Source: the human T2T-CHM13v2.0 reference genome, Homo sapiens. From it: a stretch of DNA of 64,000 bases. The notes beneath the pieces were generated by a model. That model did not search any database. It saw nothing but the letters and a program-made list of their open reading frames with translations, and had not been told where the DNA came from. The stretch lies in assembly GCF_009914755.1 (NCBI RefSeq), contig NC_060925.1; one strand, 5' to 3'. Shown one piece after another: positions 19,040-34,620 of the stretch. How positions within the stretch are numbered: position 1 is the stretch's first letter; each line of letters begins with the position of its first letter. The position numbers were made by a program, and so were the translations under genes.

Positions 19040-20062
19040 CCAGTTGTTTCTTTCCATGTTTAGTGCTTCCTTCAGAAGCTCTTGTAAGGCAGGCCTGTTT
19101 GTGACAAAATCTATCAGCATTTGCCTGTCTGTAAAGGATTTTATTTCTCCTTCACTTATGAAGCTTAGTTTGGCTGGGTATGAAAAGTTGAAAAGTCTTT
19201 TCTTGAAAAAAGTTGAAAAGTCTTTTCTTCAAGAATGTTGAATATTGGCCCCCACTCTCTTCTGGCTTGCAGGGTTTCTGCCGAGAGATCTGCTGTTAGT
19301 CTGATGGGTTTCCCTTTGTGAGTTACCTGACCTTTCTCTCTGGCTTCCCTTAACATTTTTTCCTTGGTGCCTTAACATTTCAACCTTCGTGAAACTGACA
19401 ATTATGTGTCTTGGGGTTGCTCTTCTCAAGGAGCATCTTTGTGGTGTTCTCTATATTTCCTGAATTTTAATATTGGCCTGTCTTGCTAGGTTGGGGAAGT
19501 TCTCCTGGGTAATATCCTGAAGAGTGTTTTCTAACTTGATTCCATTCTCCCCATCACTTTCAGGTTCACCAATCCAACATAGATTTGGTCTTTTCTCATA
19601 GTCCCATATTTCTTGGAGGCTTTGTTAATTTCTTTTTCCTCTTTTTCCTCTAACCTTGCCTTCTTGCTTTATTTCATTAATTTGATCTTCAATCACTGAT
19701 ACCCTTTCTTCCACTTGATCGAATGGGCTACTGAAGCTTGTGCTTGTGTCATGAAGTTCTCATGCCATGGTTTTCAGCTCCATCAGGTCATTTCAGGTCT
19801 TCTATATACTGTTTATTCTAATTAGCCATTTGCCTAACCTATTTTCAAGGTTTTTAGCTTCCTTGTGATGGGTTCGAACATGCTCCTTTAGCTTGGAGAA
19901 GTTTGTTATTACCAACCTTCTGAAGGCTACTTCTGTCAACTCATCAAAGTCATTCTCCATCCAGCTTTGTTCCATTGCCGGCGAGGAGCTGCAATCCTTT
20001 GGAGGAGAAGAGGCACTCTGGTTTGTAGAATTTTCAGCTTTTCTGCCTTGGTTTCTCCCCAT
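19040..20062 (-). pseudogene. L1 ORF1 (RNA-binding protein), premature stop and frameshifts
   Basis: ATG at 20062 (MGRNQGRKAENS...) stops at 19802. Downstream fragments RRATPRHIIV and KGKPIRLTADLSAETLQARREWG. Confidence 0.9.
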
Positions 20063-20640
20063 ATTTGTGGTTTTATCTACCTTTGATCTTTGATGTTGGT
20101 GACCTACAGATGAGGTTTTGTTGTAGATGCCTTTTTTGTTGATGTTGATGCTATTCCTTTCCTTTGTCAGTTTTCCTTCTAACAGGTCCCTCAGCGGCAG
20201 GTCTGTTGGAGTTTGCTGGAGGTCCACTCCAGAACCTGTTTATCTGGGTATCATCAGCAGAGGCTGCAGAACAGCAAATACTGCTGCCTGATCCTTCCTC
20301 TGGAAGCTTTGTCTCAGAGAGGCAGCAACCTATATGAGGTGTCTGTCGGCCCCTACTGGGAGGCGTCTCCCAGTTAGGCTACACAGGAGTCAGGGACCCA
20401 CTTGAGGAGGCAGTCTGTCCATTCTCAGAGCCCAAACGCCATGCTGGGAGAACCACTGCTCTCTTCAGAGCTGTCAGACATGGACGTTTAAGTCTGCAGA
20501 AGTTGTCTGCTGCCTTTTGTTCAGCTATGTCCTGCCCACAGAGGTGGAGTCTATAGAGGCAGCAGGCCTTGCTGAGCTGCAGTGGGCTCCGCCCATTTCG
20601 AGCTTCCCAGCTGCTTTGTTTACCTACTCAAACCTCAGCA

Positions 20641-20973
20641 ATGTCAGACGCCCCTCCCCAAGCCAGGCTGTCCCCTCACAGTTTGATCTCAGACTGCTGC
20701 GCTAGCAGTGAGCAAGGCTCCGTAGGCATGGTACCAACCGAGCCAGGCACGGGAGAGAATCTCCTTGTCTGCCAGTTGCTAAGACCTTGGGAAAAGCGCA
20801 GTATTTGGGTGGAAGTGTCCCATTTTTCCAGGTACACACTGTCACAGCTTCCCTTGGCTAGGAAAGGGAAATCCCTCAACCCCTTGCACTTCCCAGGTGA
20901 GGCAACGCCCTGCCCTGCTTTGCCTCGCCCTCCATGGGCTGCATCCACTGTCCAACCAGTCCCAATGAGATGA
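20641..20973 (+). CDS. L1 antisense ORF0-like open frame, 110 aa (expression unknown)
   Basis: MSDAPPQARLSPHSLISDCCASSEQGSVGMVPTEPG resembles L1HS ORF0 (MAGAPPPASLPPCSLISDCCAS...). It lies antisense in the L1 5'UTR with no internal stop. Confidence 0.55.
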   Translation: MSDAPPQARLSPHSLISDCCASSEQGSVGMVPTEPGTGENLLVCQLLRPWEKRSIWVEVSHFSRYTLSQLPLARKGKSLNPLHFPGEATPCPALPRPPWAASTVQPVPMR

Positions 20974-21080
20974 ACCAGGTACCTCAGTTGGAAATGCAGA
21001 AATCACCAGTTTTCTGTGTTGATCACGCTGGGAGCTGCAGACCGGAGCTGTTCCTATTTGTCCATCTTGGAACAGACCCC

Positions 21081-21159
21081 ACATTTTTTTTTCTTAGTAA
21101 TACATAAAGTAATGGTATATCTTAACAGTTGATGGCTTCCTAAATTTGATGAAATGTGG
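21081..21159 (+). mobile_element. Kanga1/MER104-type element, right terminus
   Basis: 'ttcttagtaatacataaagtaatggtatatcttaacagttgatggc...tttgatgaaatgtgg|ta' continues the sequence interrupted at 14946. Confidence 0.7.
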
Positions 21160-21309
21160 TATGTCACACCACATAAATAAAATGCTGCAGGCCACATGAC
21201 ACTTTCTAACAAAAATATTCCAATCACATTAATCTTGTACTGATTAACAACAATTTAGGTTTGGTTGTGACTCTTAAAATAATACTAATCAATTTATCAA
21301 ATACTGCAT

Positions 21310-21880
<571 letters not shown>

Positions 21881-24800
21881 CTGTTAGCTACTATATTGTT
21901 ATTGCCCACTATTGTTATTATAGTATCGTATTATTTGATCTTTACAATATCCATTTGAGGCTATTATTACCTCTAATTTATAGATGAATATTTAATTCTT
22001 AGAAACTTTCTCATGGAAAAGGGTTATACAGACCACAGGTTATTTAGAAAATTTGTGGTTAGTAAATTATATTAGTCAGTTAATTGTCAGAAAGTCAAGC
22101 TTAAGTAACTTGCCACTCAATATTTATGAAAAGCTCAGTTGAGAGAAAAAATACACAGAAAATAGCCTAAAATTATATATTTCATACACATTTTGAGATA
22201 TTCTAAAGTTTATCTTTGAATCAAGCCAAGTTTCAAGAGAACAACAGTTTGCTCTCTCATAGGATTGTTTTTATCAATATGGCAGATAACAAAGGACTAA
22301 ATTGAGAGCTGGTATAAGAAATAGCCCCATGAAATGTTTTTCCTATTGCTAGGGTGTGTCTAAGGATGTGGTGGAGACTGTTGCTTATCATATAATAAAC
22401 TCTACTCCTTATAAAGATTGCCCACTCTCTCCTACTCTCCTTGGGTCTCAGTGTCAATAAAAGCTGTGTTTGTCCTAAGAAACTTAATTGAGTTTTGTAA
22501 TGGATTGTATGAGCCATGTGTCTGTTTCTATATCTCTTGTTGCCTTGGTTGCTAGGAAACTCAAAGTTAAGTTTATTACTCAACCCAATAAGTACAGACA
22601 TTATCCTTACTCCTGGCTTCTTCTTTTTCCTACTCTCATTTTGCCAGAAGGGACAGCTTGCAATATATCTAAAATGGAAAAGAGCTTGGTGCCTTCAAGG
22701 TACTGATAGAAGATGTACTGATAGAAGATAGAAGATTCAACATGTAGTTGGATCATTTTTAGAATGGCTAGAGATGAAGCTGGAAAGATAGACATGGCCA
22801 GCTGGAGGCCTTGGAGGTGGTAAGAAGTTCTGTATTTTTATAATACACTTCAAAGAGTCTACGGCAAATGAAATATAACAAATCAGTCAATAAACAAAAT
22901 ACATATATAAATAAATTCTAAGCATGTATCTGAATACTATAGATTTCCCATGGAGAAAAATTAATTAAACTATATTTCCCCTGCCTCCAATCCTGGTTTG
23001 CAATGAAGAGTCCTCTATAATCAGCAGAATGAAGAACAGAAAGGTAAGGGTCAAATGATAGAAGATAGAACAATTTTTCCAAAAAGAATGGCATAAACAC
23101 ATTTTGGAAGAGAAATTTTCTACCAGCATCTGCCTGGCTGGAGCCCTCCCTCATCAGCTGCTATTGGATAATTAACTCCACCCACACGAGCATGCTACAT
23201 TTGCCAACCCTGACCGTAGCACTGCTTTACAAGCAACTTAGAGGCTTTACAAGGGCAGCAGGCTGATGTAGCTCAATGGAGAGGAACAGGATCTGGATTT
23301 GAAACCAATTCATTAACCAACTAGCTGTGTGACCCTAGGCAAGTCACCCTTCTGAAACTAGTTTCTTCATGTATCAAATAGAGAAAATGGCACTAACATT
23401 CTTATCATACAGGGTTGTTAAGATTAACTGTAGATAAAGTAGCAAGATTTTATGGAAATAAAACAGTTGAGGAAACCAGGAGAGCTGACTGCTCCAACTA
23501 TCTCTGAAATTTAATTTCTGTGAAATGAGGCAGTTGGATTAGAAAGTCTCATAGTGGGATTATATTTCAACTTTATGGGTTGCAAAATAGTCGTACAAAA
23601 TAAAAGACTATCTGGATATAAGGAGCAATCAAAGAATGGGTGCCTGCCAGGGCTCAAAGAGTATGTTTGCTAGTCTCTTGAGGAGTGTGAATTAGCCCAC
23701 AGGACCCCAAAGTTTGTTCTCAGTCAGTTGGTGACTTTGGAGTGTTGACAGATTTGAAAGGGAAACATTTCACCAAGTGAATGTGTAAGATACTTTTAAA
23801 TAGATCTATAAAACTCAAAGTGCACCACAAGAAGAAAAAATGAGGAAAAAACCTGGGCATTTAATATTCAATAGCAATAAAATTTCAGAAAAAAAGCATA
23901 TTTTGGTGCATTTTCTGGAAAACACAAAAAGGCCTATTTTTGAGAATTTAGATATCTGAAACAATAGAATATTTATTTGGTACCTTTTATATGTAGGTAC
24001 TTAATATATATATATTACTTAGTGCTCATAATAACCCTGAGATGTAGGGTTTAATGTTTGTTTTATAGATGGCGAAATGGTATTAAGAATGTTCAAATAA
24101 TTTTCCCCTAGTTGTATGGCCAGCAAATGGTAGAAGTGTCATATAAAGCACAAATCATTGGCTTCAAAGCCCACATTCTTTCTATCATAACTGGCTGCTT
24201 CGCAAGGAGAACTAGGGCTGTGCTCATCAAATAGATCAAGTGTATATGGAACATAATTAGGATAAATCTGAAGAGAAACTAAGCAGATGAGATATGTTAA
24301 GCTCTACACTGGAAAGAAGAAAAGTGTAAAAAACTAATAAAATATTATAGAAAATAATAGAAAGTAGCTGATTGTACATTATAGATTACAAAACACTTTC
24401 CCCTACCCATTTAATTCATTTGTTCCTCACAGTGATGCAAGCAGTATTATCTCCATTCTCAAATGAGAAAAAAGGCTCAGAGAGGGTAGATGACTTTACC
24501 AAGGGCATCCAGATACTAATTAGAGTTTGAGCCCAAATCTTTCTTCCAAGTTCCTGTCTTTTCCACCACAACAAATCAACGGGGTTCTTACTCTCATGGC
24601 ATGGACAATGTCAGTCTATAGAGGGATAATTGTTTCCAGATTCATTTTCATTGGAAAACAGCCCTTATTCTTAGGCATGAAAAATATCAGTCCCATTTTT
24701 GTCTGCTCCCAAGTATTCTGAGGGAACTGATATTGAACAGTGCTAGCTGACAAAAACAGCTGTTGTAAAGATCTGAAGAGACCCACCTAAGCTTAGCAAA

Positions 24801-25998
24801 ACCCCACAACACAAGTCCAAGAATCCATAGCACATACCCTTTGTTCCTCTAACAATTAACTGATGCTGCTAGGATAGGGCTTGGTTATACGATGAAGAAC
24901 CTAACAAGATTATCACTTCTGGAAAGGACCCCACGTGTTGGGAATAGAAATCAGTTTACCGTTCCAAGCAGCCTGGAAATTACAGAAAGCATAATGTTTA
25001 ACTAACTTGCCCAGGCTGCTGCTTAGAAAATAGAGAAAATTGCCAAGTGCTTCAGAGTTCAATAGTGATCTGAAGACTCCATAGCACTGTGAAGCTCATA
25101 ATCTCTAATCTTCATAACAGTCCTACAACCTAAAACAGACCTAGGAGATTATTGCAAATGTATGGGTGAGGAAACTGAGTGATAGAGACAAAGGAATTAA
25201 ACTAAACTGGGGATCTATTATAGGGCAGGCAGTTTATTCATATAAACTTAATCCTCATAATCACCCAAAGAACTATTATAAATAGGCATGATAAGGAAAA
25301 ATTGAAGTTTAAGCAACTTTACTAACTTTCCCAGATTTACACAGATAGTAAGTGATATAATCAAATAATACTCTTGGAAGATTCTGCACTGTATAATCAA
25401 GATTAGTCTTGGGAAATTGGTAGTAATGTTGTCCAGCCCATACTTTCTCAATTATAACATGGTGCCTCTTTTGATAGATTGTAAATGATTTTCCTAAGAT
25501 CATTTACTCATCTGTTTTCCCTGACTAGACATAGCTCCCTAGCAATGGGACTTTCTCAGTTTTATCTTTATATCAAAAAATACAGTACAAAGCTTAGCAG
25601 GTTGGAAGTGATTTATTTCACAAACCAAACTGAAATCCAGCTCTGACTATAGATTCTGTCATAAAAGACCCTAGACAGTTTTAGCCATAGTATATCACAT
25701 TCAAAAGCACATTCAAAAAGACTTAAAGGTATGCTTCCAGCCATAATAAAATAACAGGAACCAGATTTACTCTACTGTCTTAAATAATTAGAAAACTGAA
25801 TAAACTATATAAAACATTTTATTTCAGATTTTGGATAATAGGTAGTAGGTAGACTCTAATTCTTGAAATAAGGGGAAAATATGAAGTGAGCCTTGTCATC
25901 ACCAGGCTTTTTGCCTGGGGGCATATTTTGGATTGTGAAGAAAGAAGAGGGACCCAAGCATAGCTTGATGGTGGTTTTAAATTAAGAAGATACAGATT

Positions 25999-26172
25999 GG
26001 ACTCTGCAGGGGGAAAGGATGGGAAGCGAGTGAAGGATAAAATACTACAAATTGGGTTTAGTGTATACTGCTCGGTTGATGGGTGCACCAAAATCTCACA
26101 AATCACCACTAAGTAACTTACTCATGTAACCAAATACCACCTGTTCCTCAAAAACGTATGAAAATTTAAAAG
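25999..26172 (+). mobile_element. short 5'-truncated L1 3' end (L1PB1-like)
   Basis: 'gtatactgctcggttgatgggtgcaccaaaatctcacaaatcaccactaag...catgtaaccaaataccacctgttc'; degenerate TSD aagaagata.a.a.tgg. Confidence 0.75.
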
Positions 26173-28006
26173 AAGAAGATATATAAATGGCCAATTGGGG
26201 TCTGGAGATTCTGAGGTAATGAGGGGTAGTTTTGAGAGGAGACATCTTTGCAGAAAAAGAGCTTCAGAAATATGCATGGGGTGAACTTGAAATTTTACTG
26301 TCTTCCAAAGTGCATACAAGGGTAAAACTCCATGAGGGCAGGCAAACAGCAACTAGGGAGAACTGAACAACTCCTAGAGATAACAGAGACATTAGGATTT
26401 ATTCAAGTTTGAACAGTGGAAATTTCTCATTGATCCCTTGGGTTATTCATTGAAAACTCCAAAAAAGCTAGGCTTCAGTAACAGGGCCAAACTATCCGTA
26501 GAGTAAAAAGTACTCTGTAACAGATATGCCTAAAATATCTTAAAACAAAACTTCAAAAGGATTAAACTTATTACAAGTAACTCAACTTATAGCCAAAGAA
26601 AAACCAAAGACGACAAAATACAAACACACAACAATGTAAACTCTACAATGCCCAACAGTCAATCAAAAATTAAAGATATCAAGAAGTAGGGAAATGTCAG
26701 CTATAAACGGTAGAAAAACAAGTCAACAGGAACAAATCCATAAATTGTAGTTGTAATGAAATTAGCATATAAAAACATTAAAAGAGCAATTATAATTATG
26801 TCAGGTATTTAAAGGAAAACCAATTATAATAAGGAAAGAAGAAAGATATAAAAAAGAATCAAATGAAATTTCTAGAGATGAAAAAATCCATGAACATCTG
26901 AGAGGAAAAATTCACTGGATAGAATTAATCTCAGATTAGACACTGCAGAAGTAGTCAGTATATTAAATAAGACCTAAGGAAATGAAGAGATACATTATGC
27001 CATATATTGGAAGGTTAAATATTATTATGCTATCAATTATCCTAAAATTAACCTATAAGTTAAATATAATCCCAATTGATAAATTTACTCTGTAATTTAT
27101 ATAGCAATGCAAAGAAACTAGAATAGCTACAACTATTATGAAAAACAAGGTTGGAGAGCCTATACTACCTGATTTTAAGAGTTTTTATAAAGCTAAAATA
27201 ATCAAGAATGTGCAAAATTGGTCTAAGGATTGGCATATAGATCGATGGAACAGAGTCGAGCTCAGAAATAGAATACAAACAGAAATAGAAACAGAATGTG
27301 GTCAATTGATTTTTGACAAAACAGCCAAAATAACTTAATAAGGAAAGGATTGTTCCTTCAACCGATGATGCTAGAACAACTGGATATCCAATGGAAAAAA
27401 TAAACCTGGACAATAATATCATACCATATGCAAAAATGAACTTAAAATGAACTATAAATATAAATGTAAAAAAGCTAAACTGTAAAATTTCTGGAAGAAC
27501 ACATAGGAAACAAATTTTTGACCAAAGGTTTGGCAAAGATTTTTTAAATAGGATACAGAAAGCATAAACCTTAAAAGAAGATAATATGATAAAAATGGAC
27601 TATATAAAAATTAAATATGTCTGATTTTTGAAAAAAATTCAGAAAATGCAAAATAAAGCCACATAGAAAAAAATTAATAAATCATATACGTGATAAAAGA
27701 CTTGTATCTAGAAAATATAAAGAACTCATACAATTCACTAGTAAGATAATAGAATCAGAAAATGGGCAAAAGATTTAAATAGACATTTTAACAAAACCCA
27801 CAAACAAATGGACAAAAAGCTCATGAAAAATGCTTACTATCATCAGGCACTAAAAATATCCAAATTGAAACAACATTGAATACTACTACATACCCACTAG
27901 AATGGCTACAATTAAAAATATTGACAATTACAAGCATTGACAAGGATACAGAGAAACCTGAACTTTTATACACTGCTGGTAAGAATGTAAAGAATGTACT
28001 AATGAC

Positions 28007-29586
<1,580 letters not shown>

Positions 29587-30169
29587 TCAGATATTTATAA
29601 AGTTAAAAATATGCTTACTATATAATTCATTAATTAATTCCTAGGTGGAAAAAAGGGAAATAAAATTGTATGCCTTCAAAAAATCTTGTACATAAACATT
29701 CATAGTAGCTTTATTCTTTAATGAAATTCAAATTTACATCAACAAATGAATAGATAAAAATAAATTATAGCATATGTATCGATGGAATGAAATGCTACTC
29801 AGCAATTCAATAAATTATTGTTATCTACAAAACATATTACTGACTGAAGAAACCAGGCATGAAAGAATATATATTCTATATTTCCATTTATATTAAACTC
29901 AAGGAATGACAAATCTAATTTATAATGGTAGAATGTAGATCAGTGGTTGCTTGGGTCAGAGGTGTCAGAGCTGAAGTTGACAGAAAAAAGGCACAAAAGG
30001 ACTTTTGGGGGTGGTAAAAATATTCTATCTTGATTGTGGTGGTGATTACATGGGTCTATACATTTGTCAAAATTCGTTGATCACTACCCTTAAAAGGTAT
30101 GAAATTTATTGTACAGAAATTACATCTCGATAAATTGAATTTTAAAGGACAATGATATTATGGAGCTTC

Positions 30170-31070
30170 TTGTCTACTATAAGAGGGGGAATCAAAGGAG
30201 AAGTAACAGTGTGATAACTGCTATGTTGGGGAAATCAGGCATGAATACAACATAGAAGCAGCTAACCCAAATTAGGGGCTTAGGAAGATTTATCAAGGGG
30301 AGCTCAGATCTGAAGACATCATAATAGTGTGTTAAATGAACATAACAGCATGCACAAATACCCAGAAACAAGAGAAAGAATGGAATGTTTAAAAACAAAA
30401 GCAGCAAGTTTTGAAGAGATATTTAGGAAGCATGAGAATTGACAGGATTGACAGGATTTAGTGATTGATTGAGTTCTAGGAAGAGCAGAACAAGAATAAT
30501 GTTCTAATTTCTGCCCTAGACAACTAGGTGAGTGTTGATGACATCTTCTGAAATAGGAGATATTGAAGGAGCATCAGATTATGGGGGATGATAATAACTC
30601 TAATTTTGAATTCTATTTGGAGTGCCTATAATACATCAAAGACAAGATATGGAACTGGAAAATGGTAATATAGGTCTGTATCTAAAGACAGAGAACCAGG
30701 AAGCAACATACAGCTAGTAGTTAATGACAATGGAGTAGATGCATTTCCCAGGGAATTCATAAACTGATAAAAGATGAGGACCAAGGACAAGTTGCAGAAC
30801 ATTAATATTTAGAAAATTAGCGAAGGGAGAGGAACTATATAAGAGCTACTGAGGAAAAAATAAACAGGAGTGTGTGGTCACATGGAATTCATAAATTTAG
30901 GACAGTGTGGTTAACACGATCAAATTCCTGAAAAATCAGGAATTAGACTATCTCTTGGGTTTGGTGACAAGAAGGTCATTGTTGGCCTATACAGAGCAGT
31001 TTTATTGGAGTGGTGGGAGCAGTGTTGAAGAGTTAGTGAAAAATAGAAAATAAGAAAAGGAGCATGTAGA
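30170..31070 (-). mobile_element. degenerate L2 fragments
   Basis: Purine-rich antisense L2 motifs ('acaggatttagtgattgattg', 'tttggtgacaagaaggtcattg...agagcagttttattggagtggtggg'). Confidence 0.6.
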
Positions 31071-31389
31071 AAGGAAAAAAGAAAATGACAACTTTTTATC
31101 CTCCAGCTAGCTCGATCCAAGACTCAGAGGAATAAATAGACTCTTCAGTGTCTGGGTAAAACTTTTGACTCTAAGTCATTAAATCTCCTTTAGTGGACAA
31201 GGAGAATTATATTGATTATAAATTACAGTCATTTGATTTGAGATTGGAAAAGATCTTAAAAAGTGACCAAGTTCTATGCCACTGGAAGCATGTATTTTAG
31301 AGCCAGAAGACACCAAAAGATTTTATATGGCAAATGTTTTTTGCCTTCATGATACAGATCGAGCAGGGTATTATTGTTAATCTATAAAA

Positions 31390-32135
31390 GAAAATGCAAA
31401 TCAAAACCACAATGAGATACCATCTAACACCAGTTAGAATAGCAATCATTAAAAAGTCAAGAAACAACAGATGCTGGTGAGGATGTGGAGAAATAGGAAT
31501 GTTTTTACACTGTTGGTGGGAATTTAAATTAGTTCAACCATTGTGGAAGACAGTGTGGCAATTCCTCAAAGATCTAGAACCAGAAATACCATTTGACCCA
31601 GCAATCCCATTACTGGGAATATACCGAAAGGATTATAAATCATTCTACTATAAAGACACATGCACACGTAGGTTTATTGCAGCACTATTTACAATAGCAA
31701 AGCCTTGGAACCAACCCAAATGCCCATCAACGATAGACTGGATAAAGAAAATGTGGCACATATACACCATGGAATATTATGCAGCCATAAAAAGAAAGAG
31801 TTCATGTCCTTTGCAGGGACATGGATGAAGCTAGAAACCATCATTCTCGGCAAACTAACACAGTAACAGAAAACCAAACACTGCATGTTCTCACTCATAA
31901 GTGGGAGTTGAACAATGATAACACATGGACACAGAGAGGGGAACACCACACACTGGGGCCTGTCAGGGGTTGTGGGGCTAGGGGAGGGAGAGCATTCGGA
32001 CAAATACCTAATGCATGGCTTAAAACCTAGATGACAGGTTGATAGGTGCAGCAAACCACCATGGCACATGTATACCTATGTAACAAACCTGCACATTCTG
32101 CACATGTATCCCAGAACTTAAAATAAAAAATAAAT
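31390..32135 (+). mobile_element. 5'-truncated LINE-1 (L1PA8-like)
   Basis: ORF2 C-terminus ([15 protein letters not shown]) and 3'UTR 'gcttaaaacctagatgacaggttgataggtgcagcaaaccacc', followed by an A tail. Confidence 0.88.
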
Positions 32136-32671
32136 TCTTAAGAAAAATAAACACAGTTTTACAGATTTGAACAGCCAATTCATTAAAAAGGGATAAAAAT
32201 ATCAAAAACATATGAAAAGTTGTTCAATCTCATTAGTATTTAAATACATGTAAAACAAAACTAAAATACCATATTCCTCCATCAAATTGTCAACTATTAA
32301 AAATAGTATAATATGTAGTATGTCAAGGGTGTTGAGAAACAAACACTCTTTTAAACAGTTCAGCATGGCTGTATATTGGTAAACATATTTTCTAAGGAGC
32401 AGTTTGACAATATGTGGATGTTCTTCTTTGGTTCGGTAATATCCCTGCTAAATATTTATCCTCAGGAAACAATTAAAACTGCATAGAAATTCACATGCAA
32501 AAATATTTGTTGCTGAGATAATAGGTGATGTATAAGAGCAATACTTAGAAACAATGTAAATGAATAAAAAGAATGCATTTCTTTCAAATAAGTATGTATG
32601 TATATGATGTGCATCTGTATACCAATACATATGTATATATGTGTATATTCTAATACATATATATATATATG

Positions 32672-33678
32672 TATCGGGCGAACCAGCCCCCAATATTTCA
32701 ACAGAGGTTCTTTTCTATTTTCCCTAAGTGTCAGCCATTCTAAGAAATTAAGGGAAAGAGTCCAAAAGAGAGAAATTTTAAAGCTGGATGTCTGGGGGAG
32801 ACATCACATGTCGGCAGGTTCCATCATGTCCCCTGAGCCGTAAAACCAATAAGTTTTTATTAGCAATTTTCAAAGGGAAGGGAGTGTACGAATAGGGTGT
32901 GGATCACAGAGATCACACATTTCAAGGGCAACAAAAGATCACAAGGCAGAAGGTCAGGGCGAGACCACGAGGTCAGGGTGAAACTAGAATTACTAATGAA
33001 GTTCCATGTACCACTGTGCACACATTGTCATTGATAAACATCTTAACAGGGTTCAAGAGCAGAGAACCGGTCTGACTAGAATTTGCCAGGCTGGAATTTC
33101 CTAATCCTAGCAAGCCTGGGGGCACTGCAGGAGACTAGGGCGTGTTTTCTCCCTATCTACAACTGCATAAGGCAGACACTCCCAGAGCAGCCATTTTGGA
33201 GGGCCCCCCCCCCCCCACCCCAGGAATGCATTCTTTTCCCAGGGCTGTTCATTATTAATATTCCTTACTGGGGAAAGAATTCAGTGATATTTCTCTTACC
33301 TGTTTTTGGCAATAAGAGAAATATGGCTCTGTCCTGCCTGGCTCCCAGGCAGTCAGACCTAATGGTTATCTCCCTTGTTCCCTGAACGTTGCTGTTATCC
33401 TGTTCTTTTTTGAAGGTGCCCAGATTTCATATTGTTCAAACACACATGCTTTATGAACAATTCGTGCAGTTAACGCAATCATCACAGGGTCCTGAGGTGA
33501 CATACATCCTCAGCTTACAAAGATGATGGGATTAAGAGATTAAAGTAAAGACAGTCATAGAAATTATAAGAGTATTGATTGGGGAAGTGATAAATGTCCA
33601 TGAAATTTTCACAATTTATGTTCTTCTGTCACGGCTTCAGCAGGTCCCTCCGTTTGGGGTCCCTGACTTCCCACAACA
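32672..33678 (-). mobile_element. MER11 solo LTR (HERV-K11/HML-8; MER11B-like)
   Basis: Minus-strand start 'tgttgtgggaagtcagggaccccaaacggaggg', end 'ggctggttcgcccgata'; ~1 kb; 6-bp TSD tatatg at 32666-71 and 33679-84. Confidence 0.92.
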
Positions 33679-33747
33679 TATATGTATATGTGTGCATACA
33701 TATATACATATGAAGGTACGTATACATATATAGTATACATATATTGT

Positions 33748-33888
33748 ATGCATTCTTTTCCCAGGGCTGTTCATTATTAATATTCCTTACTGGGGAAATA
33801 ACTCAGTGGTATTTCTCTTACCTGTTTTTGGCAATAAGAGAAATATGGCTCTGTCCTGCCTGGCTCGCAGGCAGTCAGACCTAATGGT
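33748..33888 (-). repeat. 141-bp duplicate of internal MER11 segment 33226-33366
   Basis: Direct repeat, 137/141 identical by manual comparison. Confidence 0.93.
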
Positions 33889-34107
33889 ATAGATATAGGT
33901 ATACAATATATGTATATGATGAAATATTTGTTGTCATTAAAATTATATTTTTGAAAACTATAATGATATATAAAATGTTTGTGGGTTATTGCTATATGAA
34001 AAAATTGTTTTAAAAAACAGCAAAAACCCAGAGTATTTTTATAATCTAAATTTTATAGTAAAAGATATATGTGCAAACATGCATATACACAATATATGCA
34101 TGTACAC

Positions 34108-34620
34108 TGCTGAGACCAGTTCAGTCTGGGAGACCCTGACCCAGCAGTGCTAGAGGAATTAAAGACACACACACAGAAATATAGAGGTGTGAAGTGGGAA
34201 ATCAGGGGTCTCACAGCCTTCAGAGCTGAGAGCCCTGAACAGAGATTTACCCACATGTTTATTAACAGCAAACCAGTCATTAGCATTGTTTCTACAGATA
34301 TTAAATTAACTAAAAGTATCACTTAATGGGAAATGAAGAGATGGGCTGAATTAAAGGAATAGGTTGGGCTAGTTAACTGCAGCAGGAGCATGTCCTTAAG
34401 GCACAGATCGCTCATGCTATTGTTTGTGGCTTAAGAATGCCTTTAAGTGGTTTTCCGCCCTGGGCGGCCCAGTGTTCCTTGCCCTCATTCCTGTAAACCC
34501 ACAACCTTCCAGCTTGGGCGTTAGGGACATTATGAACATGTTACAGTGCTGCAGAGATTTTGTTTATGGCCAGTTTTGGTGCCAGTTTACGGCCAGATTT
34601 TGGGAGGCCTGCTCCCAACA
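34108..34620 (-). mobile_element. MER9 solo LTR (HERV-K9/HML-3)
   Basis: Minus-strand start 'tgttgggagcaggcctcccaaaatctggcc', end 'ctggtctcagca'; 513 bp; 6-bp TSD gtacac at 34102-07 and 34621-26. Confidence 0.92.
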
